This document shows positions 26,412 to 40,594 of a stretch of 64,000 nt of DNA, piece after piece. How positions within the stretch are numbered: the first letter of the stretch is position 1; each line of letters begins with the position of its first letter. The notes under the pieces were generated by a model. It was not told where the DNA came from, made no database searches, and saw nothing but the letters and a program-made list of their open reading frames with translations. The position numbers and the translations under genes were made by a program. This stretch comes from Octopus bimaculoides (Eukaryota): contig NC_068993.1 of assembly GCF_001194135.2 (NCBI RefSeq), positions 2,063,622 through 2,127,621 on the forward strand. The letters are read 5' to 3'.

Positions 26412-27778
26412 TATATATAGTCGCATGTTTTCGTTTTTATTTTAAAGGAAAACAAATACACACATAAATATACGAAGTCAAAAATATTTTCCTATATAAA
26501 TTTTATGAGTCCGCGTTCCATATTACATTGTATAGATTCAGAGCTGAAAAATATTCATCTTGGAAAAGATTTTCCAAAGACGTCTAAAATATTTTTCTCA
26601 TAACAAAATGAAACTGAAATAAAATGGAATAAGAAAAAGAAATATTTGATGAAGAATAAATAAATGAAAAAGTAAATAAAATCGAATCTGTATTGTACAT
26701 CAGCGGCAACGATGGAATGGCATGCAAATAAATATTAATGTGATTTACATCAGGATTCTTAACTAATTTGATGGAAGTTTGCTTCAGAAGAAACCACAGA
26801 TTATTTTTTTATGGGTTGAAGCATTCAATGATAAATAATAGAAATGTTTTGTTGAATTTCCTTAAATTGAACCCGTGACATTTACTTGTGTATACGTGAA
26901 TGGCATGAAAACAGCATCGTCAATGCCAGATTCAGCATGCAATACAACCGACGCAGCAGATTAAAATAGAAACTCTGTTTATATATGTCAACGGTACTCT
27001 CTCTCTATTTGTGACTTATTTTTCTCTCAGTCGTCTTGATTTGGTCCCTCTATCATACACACCCTCTTTCTTTCTCTATTTGACTCTGAGTCAATAATAG
27101 ACAATAATTTTGCATATAAGAACTGAGGTGTATATATCTGGAACCGGTGTGTTATTATGTATGTGCTGTGGAAGAAATGGTAGAAAAAATGTGTATAAAT
27201 GTGTGTGTGTTTGGGTATATATATATATATTTATATATATGTGTGTGTCTGTGTGTGTGTGTGTGTGTGTATGAATATGTGTGAGCACGCATCCATGTAT
27301 ACACACAGATACACGTACATAGATATACGAATATACATACATATACACATGTATACATACACATGCACACGTATATATAAACATTATATAAGTTTCTATG
27401 GTGCATTGTTATATTTATATTTAGAACGAATGTTTATGTGCGTATTTTCTAACTACAGACTATATATATCCGCATACAAACATGGAGTGTTTATTTTTAT
27501 TCTAGTTAGCTGATTAGAATCTTCTAGATGCTATATCAATCCTGCGAAATCCTCTGCACGCAAGAACTGAAGTTTGCTGGTCTCTAAATAAAACATGGAA
27601 GTATATAACGACAGGAATTATAACAGCGTTGAGAAAAGGTCATATTTCATTTTTTGATATTTCATTAAGGGAGAGACGCTGACACCATTTTATCCCAATA
27701 TAAGGGCATATANNNNNNNNNNNNNNNNNNNNNNNNNNNNNNNNNNNNNNNNNNNNNNNNNNNNNNNNNNNNNNNNNN

Positions 27779-27815
<37 letters not shown>

Positions 27816-30800
27816 ATGTGACTATTTTTATGTGCCTATTGTGTGTAAGTATAAGAAAAATATTTATCTATATCCACTGTCACATAATGAAATTTAGTTT
27901 ATTAGAGTCGAAGAGAGAAGTTTTGGGTGTCTAGTATACCCATTTACTACACACTGTGAAGTTTTAAAATATATGCACAGAAGAAATTTGCCATTCATTT
28001 TAAGAGATCTCACAAAAGAACTCCAGTTGTTTATTTTGGGGTGTGATAGATTAAAATGTAAGACATTCTCACGGTAAATTCCACTTGATGCTTCTTTTTT
28101 GTTCCTAGGGATAATGCGTATTTTATTAAAATCATAAATGTTCTATTTAAGATCAACATATTAGAAGGTGTCTAGCGTTTGAAAAGATTGTGTCTGGAAA
28201 TTGTCAGCGTGGTTCTGAAAGGCATGGATTTCATGTTAAAACGGCAAGATTATATTTCTATCTTGGGGTTAAAGGAGAACATCAAACAACAACCGGAAAA
28301 ACAATAGCAGTGGATAGAACACGGAACTAGTTGAAGCTCGTTGGATTTGACGATTCCACCAACAATAATTTTCTCAGAAAATAATTTTTTGAAGAAATAT
28401 GAAAAGACAGAAACATGATCATAGATATAGTATGAAAACATACATAAAAAAAATATTAATATATTTTATTATTTCATGAACGAATGCCATTTAGAGAAAA
28501 AAAATTCTATTCATGATCTAAGTGGTTTCATAACTTATCTAATTTTTTTTGTTGATTTCTTAGTTTTAGTTTTTACATTATGTTTTATTGTTAATGCCGC
28601 TGCTAGATTTATATCATCTTTAAGATTATATACCTATATTCACTTGCACGTAAAAACAGAGAAAACAAAGAAAAAAAATATATACACAGTTTCAAATATT
28701 AAATATATAAATATATGCATACATTGAAACACACATAATATAAACACACCTGCACACACACACACACGGACATGTGCGCATACACACACATTCACACAAA
28801 CACACTTATATCTATGTATGCGCGTGTGTGTGCTTGTGTATGTATACACGATATATATTTACATAAGTGCGTATGAATTTATGTATATGTGTGCATATTA
28901 GATAAGTTACTTCTTAGAAACTTTTCTATTATGATATTGAACCACTGGGTGACCAAATAATTTTAGTAGAATAAAGACGGTTTCCTATAAAGTCAGTAAG
29001 ATAAAGCATTTATATCAACCAAAATCATTCTTTATAATGTATATCTAGAAACATGTGTACACAGGATTTCCTGAATATATGTATATAAAGATATCCGATA
29101 ATTGTAACGAACGGAAGAAATATTACTCAAAACAGAACGTAGAGTATAGATAATTGAATTTGAAATTTGTAACTAAACCTGACTTCAAATGAAACACGAT
29201 TTATGTAACACTTTGTGTTGGTTACTTTTGTGTCAAGCTGACGGAATGACAATCATTCAATGTAAGGTCTGAAATTACGAGAAATGTCTAGTCGTATGTA
29301 GCCTAGTAAAGGACCGGTTCGTTCATATATCGAATGTAAGAAGGTGATAGGCAACATAGAAATTTGTACAACACGTTATTGATTGTATATCTATTGATGT
29401 ATACATATGTACGTATATTTAATATATGTAAATGCTCATGTCTAAATGTGCGTGTGAGTGTGTGCGTGTGTGTGTATGTGAACCAATATGAGTATATTGC
29501 CCGCCATTGAAATAATGCAACACACAGGCACATATAGTAATATGTCATATTAAATATGGCTGTATCACTGCACAGGAATGTTACTAGGTTTGAAACTACC
29601 GAATGGCCATACCTTATCGTATATAAATACTTCTTTTATGATTTGGTATTTGAATATATCGGAAGATGAAGACAGAATATTTTTCCAAATTGTTTAGCAA
29701 AATCTAGAAGTGAAGTTGACAATCAACTGATCTGTGTTCGGCTATTTTTATTCCTACTTCACGTCTTATTCAACCTGAAATACATTATATAATTCGTAAT
29801 GGCCGTATAATATACTGTTGTACAATCATTTTATATGCATCTTAACTCAATCTGCTCTACATTTGGCATAAAAACAGTCATGTCTGAAAAGAAGTGGCGA
29901 TAGTGTGTACAAACTTATAGTCTTTTCTAAAGAGAATTCTTGGTTTAAATTACCTGAGGTGTCTCTAATAGGGTTTTGAAACCGCATGCTATCTAAAAGT
30001 TTTCAGGAAATTTTCCTTGATCTAATTCCTATGTTCCATAATAATATTAGCTTACAACTTACTGAGTTTTACTGAGATTGGTTTTCTGTACTTAATATAG
30101 GAACACAGAGTAAGCAGTTCATGTTGACGTAGCGCTTCGTAACATTGATTTGGGTTGAGCATGGGTGAAGATACGGATGTGTAGTTCAGTTTGTTATGCA
30201 ACGAGGAGGTAGCTATGGCTAATATCCAACAACATGTGTTTACATTGTGGTACCACGGTTAATGTACTACGATCTTTATGAACAGGGTTTTCAATTAAGA
30301 ACAATCTTAATGAGCAATAGTGTTAATGAACAATAGTCTAAATAAATGGGTGCCACAATGAAGAAGGATGTCAAAGTACAACACTTTCCATGTAAAACGG
30401 TCACAAGGAATGACAGTTTCAATGCACAACGGTCCCTGTTTCGATCCGAAAGCGTGGCACCTTGCGCAACGTCAAACTGTTGACTAGGGTCAACCCACAA
30501 ATTGCGACTGAAATTTTTGTAAACGAAAAGTCTACAAAGGACTGTCGGAATGGACTGTACCTTTCATTCAAGAGATCACAGTTATCTCTCTATCAAGCAG
30601 GATCTGCCTAAGAATAACGTAAAAGATACACGGGTTTTCAGGATGCTCAATCGCTTCAGCGTCGATTCAAGGGGAAGCAATTGATATGTTGATCGAACAG
30701 CTGAATTCTCATCGCAAAATCCGACGNNNNNNNNNNNNNNNNNNNNNNNNNNNNNNNNNNNNNNNNNNNNNNNNNNNNNNNNNNNNNNNNNNNNNNNNNN

Positions 30801-32287
30801 NNNNNNNNNNNNNNNNNNNNNNNNNNNNNNNNNNNNNNNNNNNNNNNNNNNNNNNNNNNNNNNNNNNNNNNNNNNNNNNNNNNNNNNNNNNNNNNNNNNN
30901 NNNNNNNNNNNNNNNNNNNNNNNNNNNNNNNNNNNNNNNNNNNNNNNNNNNNNNNNNNNNNNNNNNNNNNNNNNNNNNNNNNNNNNNNNNNNNNNNNNNN
31001 NNNNNNNNNNNNNNNNNNNNNNNNNNNNNNNNNNNNNNNNNNNNNNNNNNNNNNNNNNNNNNNNNNNNNNNNNNNNNNNNNNNNNNNNNNNNNNNNNNNN
31101 NNNNNNNNNNNNNNNNNNNNNNNNNNNNNNNNNNNNNNNNNNNNNNNNNNNNNNNNNNNNNNNNNNNNNNNNNNNNNNNNNNNNNNNNNNNNNNNNNNNN
31201 NNNNNNNNNNNNNNNNNNNNNNNNNNNNNNNNNNNNNNNNNNNNNNNNNNNNNNNNNNNNNNNNNNNNNNNNNNNNNNNNNNNNNNNNNNNNNNNNNNNN
31301 NNNNNNNNNNNNNNNNNNNNNNNNNNNNNNNNNNNNNNNNNNNNNNNNNNNNNNNNNNNNNNNNNNNNNNNNNNNNNNNNNNNNNNNNNNNNNNNNNNNN
31401 NNNNNNNNNNNNNNNNNNNNNNNNNNNNNNNNNNNNNNNNNNNNNNNNNNNNNNNNNNNNNNNNNNNNNNNNNNNNNNNNNNNNNNNNNNNNNNNNNNNN
31501 NNNNNNNNNNNNNNNNNNNNNNNNNNNNNNNNNNNNNNNNNNNNNNNNNNNNNNNNNNNNNNNNNNNTATATATATATGCGTATACATATGAATACACAC
31601 GTACTCATATACATATAAATACATATATATGTATAATTTCTTTTTGTTATAAGTGTTGTTTCTGTTGTTTATTCTCATGTTATGTCTGAGTTGCTTATTG
31701 TTTGTGCTGGTGTGTAAACTCATATGTTTCTTTAAGTGTGCATGCTATTAGGAAATCTATTGATATGTTATTAAAATACAGAGATTCAATTTTTCTTCTA
31801 ATTTCTCTATGCAATGTTGTGTTTTTCTAATTTATTTATCTATGCTGCAGAATGGTATGTTCTAACTCTGCAATTTCTTTATATCTTCATCGTAACGGAT
31901 TGTTAAATTGTAAAGGATTATCTGCCGCCCAGTTTTTAGAGCGAAACAAAACGAGAATCACAACTGTTTCATGATTTAAATTAAAAAAGCTCCGGGCGAT
32001 ATTACGTTGCTTTTGCAAGGAAAAAACAAAATATATCTTTGTGTTTCGTCTGTAAAGATATATATAAACTATAAAAAAGAACATATTTGAAAGACAATTA
32101 CCACTCAAGTTATGGTTAAGTACATATCTTAATATACATATCTATTTTCAGATCCATTATCCCAAAGCTGATTCGTTCATAAATAAATTTGAAAATGTAA
32201 TTCTTGTATTGTGTTGAGAATGAAAAACATCTAAGAAGTAAAAAACACTCTGTCACGTATTAACAGGCACGCACGCACGCACACACA

Positions 32288-32326
<39 letters not shown>

Positions 32327-32377
32327 ACACACGCACATACACACTCAGGTAACACTGATGTTAGCATTTACAATACA

Positions 32378-32408
<31 letters not shown>

Positions 32409-32452
32409 ATATCTATCTATCTATCTATCTATGCATGTATGTATCTACGTGC

Positions 32453-32505
<53 letters not shown>

Positions 32506-33185
32506 TGTATATCTATGTATGCATGTATATGCTTGCATACGTACACATCCACACACGGACGCATACACACAATACACACACACATTGCCACACGCACACA
32601 TTTATGTATGATATATAGCTTTGTGTTTATAAATGTCTGTATATAATATACATTGATCTCTTGGTTTCTCCCTCAGTAACACGTATATGTATAAATGTTA
32701 ACCTTCCGCATTATGAAACACCTTCACCCATATACACGTACACATCTGTGCACATGCGCGCGCATTCACATCGATGCATTTTTGAAACTGGGTTCCTATT
32801 ATTCATCTCAGTGTCGAAAGTGACATCATATCCATGCTTGACTTACCTGTTTAATGACCAACTTAAAATATTCCTATTTTGTGAAAATAGATCGCATTCT
32901 TAGTTTCCTATTTACTGCGGAGTAATGTTTATGATTTAAGAAATCGGAAGACCGTACATGGAACCATTCCTGAGAATATTTCTATAAACGGAGAAGACTC
33001 ATTGTAGTCGCTCGACCAGTTGGAAATCACAGTGTCTTTCAATTCACACTTGTCAAATAATCTTTAGAAGGGAGGTTTGACACGATAAATGTTGAAGCGG
33101 TCATCATATAGTATGATTCAATATATGAAAATAAGTTGCAGAATATTCCAGACTTGCGTATCAGAAATTTTAAGCACCAATAAAG

Positions 33186-33661
33186 CAGGTGCATCGCGTG
33201 ACTTTTAGTGGCCCCCCTGCAACTGTTTGTTTCGAGGGCCCATTCCTTCAATCAAAATTCATAATCTACGTTCCTTTAATTCATAGCTATATTTAGCTTT
33301 ATTGTATCTGAAGTTCAATATTTCACGTTATACTAAAGAACATCTTCAAAAGTACAAGTTAAATATATTACAAATATTACAAATTTTAGTTAGTAAAACT
33401 TCCAGATGAGGACCGGAGTATGCAAAGCCTATTTAGGTAGGGACGTTCGTGGTACAATGTAATATATTTTTAGAAGCACTTTTGCAGGTACAATGTATAA
33501 CTATTTTATTTCTTGAAATTTTCAGTTCACATAATTTAATTCTTGTTCAACATCTTTACCAAAGTAAATACATCTACGTACTTTTTTTTTTAACATGGGG
33601 CCACTCAAACGTGGAGGCCTCCTGCGACCGCAGGTGTTGCAGGGGCTTAGCGATGGCCCTG
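33186..33661. mobile_element. Possible non-autonomous DNA transposon (PIF/Harbinger-like MITE)
   Basis: Termini CAGGTGCATCGC and (reverse complement) CAGGGCCATCGC match 10/12 and share subterminal cccctgcaac. GC-rich ends surround an AT-rich interior; hairpin cctgcg-ac-cgcagg at 33621-33634. No clear TSD. Confidence 0.4.
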
Positions 33662-35198
33662 CAACAAGATATCACCAACTTAGTCATTAGCTGTTATATT
33701 CATGTAAAGATTGACTTATTTGTTGTTTGTATTGCGTAACTAATGTCTTGCTTCTATTAAATTTTAATTTCGTCGTCTTCGGTGAAAGTAAAGAACAGTA
33801 GTCACTTTACATATCTCAAGTAGCATCATTATCAGGAATATAAGAGTCTCGTTTGAATGGTCAGAGGAGGATTATTCGTTTTATATCAAGAAATAACGAT
33901 GAACTTTATACATAATATCTCATATTCTAATTTATCCTAATCATTCTGCAAATATTCCCTTTTTAATTCTAAAAATTAATGAGGGAATTTGAGTTAATTA
34001 AAGGTTATCGACTCAGATCCATTCTCAGACTTAATTATATTGAACACCGTCATCAGGAATGCACTCTGTCTTCGATTCGGGTCAGCCATTTGTGTAGCCT
34101 GGAATTTTCATCAGAAAGTATAATAACATTATTATTGTTATTAGTTGCACTCTGTTTAGTTGTCTAAGACAACATCGATATTTCATGAATTACTTAATTC
34201 ACGTTTGCTGAAATGGCCTTATAATAATTATACCCCTGAGATATTGAAGACTATCAATCACAGCCCGGTCTGGACAGCTTCATTTCACTTCAGATTGGGG
34301 AATTATGAAACAAACAAACACGCAGCATCAACATAATTTGGTTAGCATTGATTTCTTCAAATTTGGTTTTTATCTTGCATAACTGAACTATTTTACCAAT
34401 AGTCTCCAAGATATTGCTGGTTACTGTATTGTTTAATGGGGGTAGGCCAACACAATCGATTCATGTTAAATTTCAAATTTTACTTAAGAGAATCAATATT
34501 AAGCGGTCGAATGCCTATAAAATGGCACTAATGGTGCAACACCTGTGAGTTTTGGCTACGTTAATTCGATTGTTGGCCGAATGGAGTTACAAATTTCTAT
34601 TAAATTCATCTGCGATGGTGGGGATATTCCCTAGGACTACATACAGAACGTAATCCTCAAACTGAACCAGTGCGACAATACAGCAACAGGATCATCCTTT
34701 CATAGTTCAAGTACAACGCTTTAGACATAAATAGCACACATCAATCTTAAAAAAATCAACTAAATTTGATGTCAAACTATTTAGTCCATAAACAATGTTA
34801 GAAAGTTGGAAACATCACTGGAAACAGCATCTATAAACATATGAGAACAGGGATTTACGAAACTAGGAATACAACTAAAGGTATTTATTTTCAGTGGGAC
34901 TAATGCTTTTGGAATTATGTCTGGGAAGTGATTTGATCAATGATCTTGTTTTGATATTATTTTTTAGTTCCTTTGTGAAAGCTCTTTCGTCACACATTCT
35001 GTGACCTGTTCAGTAACCGTTTATTCCACGTGTCTCGTTTTTCTTACTGAAAAATGGGTTAAGCAATATAAAAGGAGATACGTGGGATATGAAAAGCAAC
35101 CAGATTTCGATGTGAAATTGATTTAGAAGAAACTATTCTCGTATGGTGCAACACATACTTTCATGGCTTCCGCGATCTATAATCTCTTGATCATAGTC

Positions 35199-35245
<47 letters not shown>

Positions 35246-35379
35246 GACTGTGCGAAGTTTCATCGTTTTCAGGACAGTTTATATCTCACAAAACACCAAC
35301 AAATCCCTCTGACGGCATTGCACACTGTTTCTCCTCATACTTCACTTACAAAGTTTTCATCAACTAATTTTAGAATCCA

Positions 35380-35465
35380 CGTTCTTCTACTGCCATAGAC
35401 TGAGACTGAACCTCAGAACTACTTACCTGTGAAGAAAACATCTAAAACACACCACCACGCACACC
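35380..35465 (-). mobile_element. Highly decayed SINE family B head
   Basis: tgagactgaacctcagaact...acacaccaccacgc resembles tgggactgaacccggaac...accacacagtcac at 52249-52301. Confidence 0.4.
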
Positions 35466-36337
35466 AATTATCTTCTAAAGATTTGTGTTATCACAAGACA
35501 ATAAATATGAGAAGCGTTAAAAATTACCAAATTGTATTTAAATAAAAAAAATAGGGGATTTTTTAAAAGTAGATGTTACCCATTATTTAATTAAATACAA
35601 TAAACTATTCTTCAGAAACCTACTTCTTTCGGATACGTAAGAAGTATGGCTGTCCAGAATAGATATCTGTGCATGTTGTGTAATATTACGTTTATTATTA
35701 ACGACCAGCTGTTACTTCCATGTAAGATATCATTTAAATTTTTGATGCTGTCAAAGTAGACAACGGGTGATAGAGTAGATATCATAACATATAAATGTAT
35801 ACATAGTATAGAATACATAATATGAAATATAAGGGAAGAGTCTTAACTACAAATCGCCAATACACCGTTGGAATATGATATCGAGTGTATATATAGAAAG
35901 GTACAAATAATATAGTCATACATTTGCATACTACAGACTGCAATCAAAAACAAATCATTCACTTGATTTGAAATCGTTTTAGACTGAGAAGTTCTTTCAC
36001 ATATAATAATCATCATCATCATCATTATCATCATCATCATCGTCATAGTTACATTAAGCGACACTATTACAGTGACAGTCAAAAATATATGTCTCTCTAC
36101 CGTCAAGATGTTTCGTCATATTTGAAAAGTACGGCTTCTCCTCATTCGTCTTACATTTCTGTCTCTAAATCCGTGACTCTCACTAAACACTGAACTGCGG
36201 ATTATTTCCAACGATCGCTTATCTATGTGAAGAGAAGGAAACTTCAAACGTCTCATGTTAAATAGTATTTGCATTAACATTGTACTAGGGCTATCTTTTC
36301 CTCACTTTCATCAAGACGGCTTGCAGAATACATACAT

Positions 36338-36399
<62 letters not shown>

Positions 36400-36421
36400 N
36401 NNNNNNNNNNNNNNNNNNNNN

Positions 36422-36461
<40 letters not shown>

Positions 36462-36892
36462 CGCACAGTAGAGAGAAATAAATAGATAGATAGATAAACA
36501 GATGCAGAAAGAGAGAGGGGGGAAAACAAAATATTTGCAGCCATAACGGAATGGACATAGAATAAAAAAAAATCAATAAAATAATGAAATAAGTATTCAA
36601 ACATAAATCCTTGCTAACAACGCCTGATTTTATCGTCGCTATACAAGCGGAGACAGGATGCAGGAGAAGACGTATAATGGTGTGTATGACTGCGTTCAAA
36701 TAGATGTTACTCGCAAAACCGGTGTCAAGATGTAGAATGACAGGAGAGCTTAAGGTAAAAATCTCCGTTAACATTTATATGCTCTGAAGAAATTATGCGC
36801 TTCGTCATGAACATGAGCTTTAGTGAAAGCATGGAAAAAATAAATGTTCATGACAGGCTCAGCATTTGTGTATCATTAAGGATGTAAAATAA

Positions 36893-37290
36893 GGCGGTGA
36901 GCTGGCAGAAACGTTAGCACGTCGGGCGAAATGCTTAGCGGCATTTCGTCTACCGCTACGTTATGAGTTCAAATTCCGCGGAGGTCGACTTTGCCTTTCA
37001 TCCTTTCGGGGTCGATTAAATAAATACCAGTTACGCACTGGGGTCGATGGAATCGAATTAATCCCTTTTTCTGTCCTTGTTTGTCTCCTCTGTGTGTAGA
37101 CCCTTGTGGGCAGTAAAGAAATAAGAAACGTTAGCACGTCGGGCGAAACGCATAGCGGTATTTCGTCTGTCTTTACGTTCTGAGTTCAAATTCCGCCGGG
37201 GTCGATAAATTAAATACCAGTTGCATGCTGGGGGCCTATCTAATCGACTGACCCCCGCTCCCCAAATTTCGGTCCTAGAGTAGAAAAGAT
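36893..37290 (+). mobile_element. SINE family A head-to-tail dimer
   Basis: Unit 1 (36893-37124): ggcggtgagctggcagaaacgttagc, B-box gagttcaaattcc, gtcgactttgcctttcatcctttcggggtcgat. Unit 2 (37125-37290) restarts at gaaacgttagc, lacks the segment between two GGTCGA motifs, and ends cctagagtagaaaag. Confidence 0.9.
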
Positions 37291-37848
37291 TAAGTATGTA
37301 AAATTAAGTTCATAATTAGCATAATCTTTCTAATCACGAAATAAATATAAATATATCTCAAGGTTTATGAGCATAGACAAAGTTACTCCGTAAAATTAAA
37401 GATTGTATTGATACCAGCTTATTACATTGATAAAGCTTCGAAAGGAAATAACTGGTGGCTTGGTAAGAGCGTTGCACGAAATAGATTATCACAGTTGAAA
37501 CAAAAAGCGATATAAAATAATTTATGTTCATAAGTATGAGATATTTCAGAAGAGAATATTTTGAAATCATAAATATATTTTAGAAAAGATGTTTGGTGAA
37601 GATTTGCTGTCTGGTGAGAGAAGCGTTCCGTTTATAGTAACAGAAAATAATTAAATGAACAAAGGTACATCTATGTGACTATGACCTCTCTATTTTTCTT
37701 CCTCTCACTCCCTCCAACTCTCTTACCGTTTCTCTCTCTAAAAGTGCACACACGTATTCATACATCTATAGGCATAAACGTATCTATAAATTGTTATATA
37801 TATATTTGAAACAGAAAAAGATGACAGTAAACATCGTTTTATACATAC

Positions 37849-37938
<90 letters not shown>

Positions 37939-38469
37939 ACAAGCACATAAATACACGTGTATATATAATTAAATTTAAACACACGTATATGCACTAACGT
38001 TTAGTGTAGATATAACAGACGACTACTATAAAGATTGAAGTTGATACACATGAATCAAGTAGGAAAGGAAAATTGAATATATAAAAGTGTTGAATGTACA
38101 GTGTAAATGTACAGAATAAATACACCGGCGTTTGCCCTTCGATGACATAATACTGTGAATCAATGCACCAAATTTAGCCTGAGGGATGGTAACTGCACTG
38201 AAGCGCGCTGCACGGAGAGTTGCCATTTAACTTACGGATTCTTCTCGAGGGGAATACAAACACATTTAGCACGTAAACAAATTTATTTTGCAATTTCTGT
38301 TCAAGAAAAATGCTTGAACTTGACCGCGGAATTAATAAGAATCTCATTGTTTTCTGTTTTAGTTTATACCTTAGTTGATCGATCTGATGTGTGGGATAGA
38401 TATGAAGTTGTTAGGTGTGTGTGAAGGTATACGATTGTGAATGTGCGTGTGCGTGTATATATGTATATG

Positions 38470-38547
<78 letters not shown>

Positions 38548-39152
38548 CTTATANNNNNNNNNNNNNNNNNNNNNNNNNNNNNNNNNNNNNNNNNNNNNNN
38601 NNNNNNNNNNNNNNNNNNNNNNNNNNNNNNNNNNNNNNNNNNNNNNNNNNNNNNNNNNNNNNNNNNNNNNNNNNNNNNNNNNNNNNNNNNNNNNNNNNNN
38701 NNNNNNNNNNNNNNNNNNNNNNNNNNNNNNNNNNNNNNNNNNNNNNNNNNNNNNNNNNNNNNNNNNNNNNNNNNNNNNNNNNNNNNNNNNNNNNNNNNNN
38801 NNNNNNNNNNNNNNNNNNNNNNNNNNNNNNNNNNNNNNNNNNNNNNNNNNNNNNNNNNNNNNNNNNNNNNNNNNNNNNNNNNNNNNNNNNNNNNNNNNNN
38901 NNNNNNNNNTGTGTGTGTGTGTGTGCGGGAAAGAGAGAGAGAGAGAGAGAGAGCTATACATCAGCACAGATATATGCAGACATATACAGAAAAGAGAGGG
39001 TGTTTCATATTAACCCTTTCGGGCGAATGTTCCCGATTAAAAAAAGTGTATATATGTTCGGAGAACATTAGAAGAAAATTTCAATGAAAAATTTCACTTA
39101 AATTTTGAGCGTTTCTGAACAGAATCACAATGCTGGTATATCTATCTGTCTA

Positions 39153-39217
<65 letters not shown>

Positions 39218-40250
39218 GTCTGTCTGTCTGCCTGCCTGTCTGTCTGTTTATTTATCTATCTATATATATATAAAGGGAGCGGTAGAGAAATACTTAATCA
39301 GGAAGCTGTTTATATTCATAGGTACTTCAGTGACTAGAAATCCAAGTAAGGAAGCCAAAAGAAAAATTTTCTGTTGGCGGACAAAAAGATTTTAGCAAGA
39401 TCGCATACGATGGTAATAAGAGAGAAGCTACATGTGGCTTTATTGATACGTTAATACGTGGAAGATAATCAAACCCTAAGTATTAGAACGAGAAAGTAAT
39501 CTGGTTCAGTCCTACCATTAAATATTGATGTATCACTAATGTTACTCAAATCATTCTATCACTGATTAGGCAGCATTTACTAAATACAGTTAATGATAAT
39601 AATGCTCACGAGGTTAAGGATAGCTATTCATGCATAAATAATATCGCACGCTACAACAGAAATATGTTGCATAGATTACATTATGTAATTACCAGTGGTC
39701 TACAGAGCAACCTTCACACCATCAGATGACATCTAGCGATACTGCAAAGGCATAACTACGAGTGGTTTCAAATGAAGAATTACACCAGACATGCGTTCCG
39801 TTAGGAACTGATACGAGGGAAACTACACCTTCGTGTGTTTCGCCTGAAAATTCGAGTCCAAGCCAATGATTTTACCTGAACTTATAATTCTCTGTATATA
39901 CATAACAAATTGTATTATCAATCAAGAAAAAAACTGATTTAAACCGATTAATTCTACATTTTTGTCACCAAAATAAACTGTTCACGAAATTCGAAGCATT
40001 GACTCTAAATATCCCACGAAACATTGCCTCTGCTTTGCATACTTTGGTCCACTTGCAGACTATACAATCCTTGTTCACAGATTGTGAGTTTATAATCGTT
40101 TTGCATATCATCATCCTCATCGTCGTTATTATCAACAAAGATTACCCTGCTAATATTTCACGTCTAGTTATACTTGGCATGCAAGCAAATACGTAACCTG
40201 AGACCACAAGATCAGCCATCTCACAACGGAGAAAGGTTTGTTCCTCAACC

Positions 40251-40316
40251 ATGAATGATGTCGCTGAACTTTCAAGCCGACTACTTGACGCCAACAGACT
40301 CTTCCCTCAATCACGT
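40251..40316 (+). CDS. Weak candidate first coding exon (MNDVAELSSRLLDANRLFPQSR)
   Basis: accATGa start context and CGT|GTAAGT donor at 40317, phase 0. No homologue recognised and no downstream exon identified. Confidence 0.17.
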
Positions 40317-40498
40317 GTAAGTATAACAAAATACATTATTTAGGGGACCTGTTCTAAACAATAGAGACCGAAATATTTGCACCTCATCTTTAAGTTCTTT
40401 TTCCTTTCTAAAGATATAGGCACCTACTTTCTCCTACAGAACATTAAGGTACTTGGAGCTGAGTCAACTTGCTACTAAACAAAAACAGCCCCCACTCA

Positions 40499-40594
<96 letters not shown>

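Noticed and set aside
30320-30726. GC-richer segment before a gap, possibly transposon coding DNA
   Set aside because: Manual translation of six frames gave only vague RT, integrase or GIY-YIG-like words with many stops; no motif series in the right order.
31851-31854. tgctgcag|AATG|GTATGT 4-nt microexon
   Set aside because: Not frame-preserving and expected by chance.
36620-36730. Peptide RMQEKTYNGVYDCV resembling a mitochondrial carrier repeat
   Set aside because: Bounded by stops, no splice sites, and no PX(D/E)XX(K/R) signature or downstream GLYKG-type motif.
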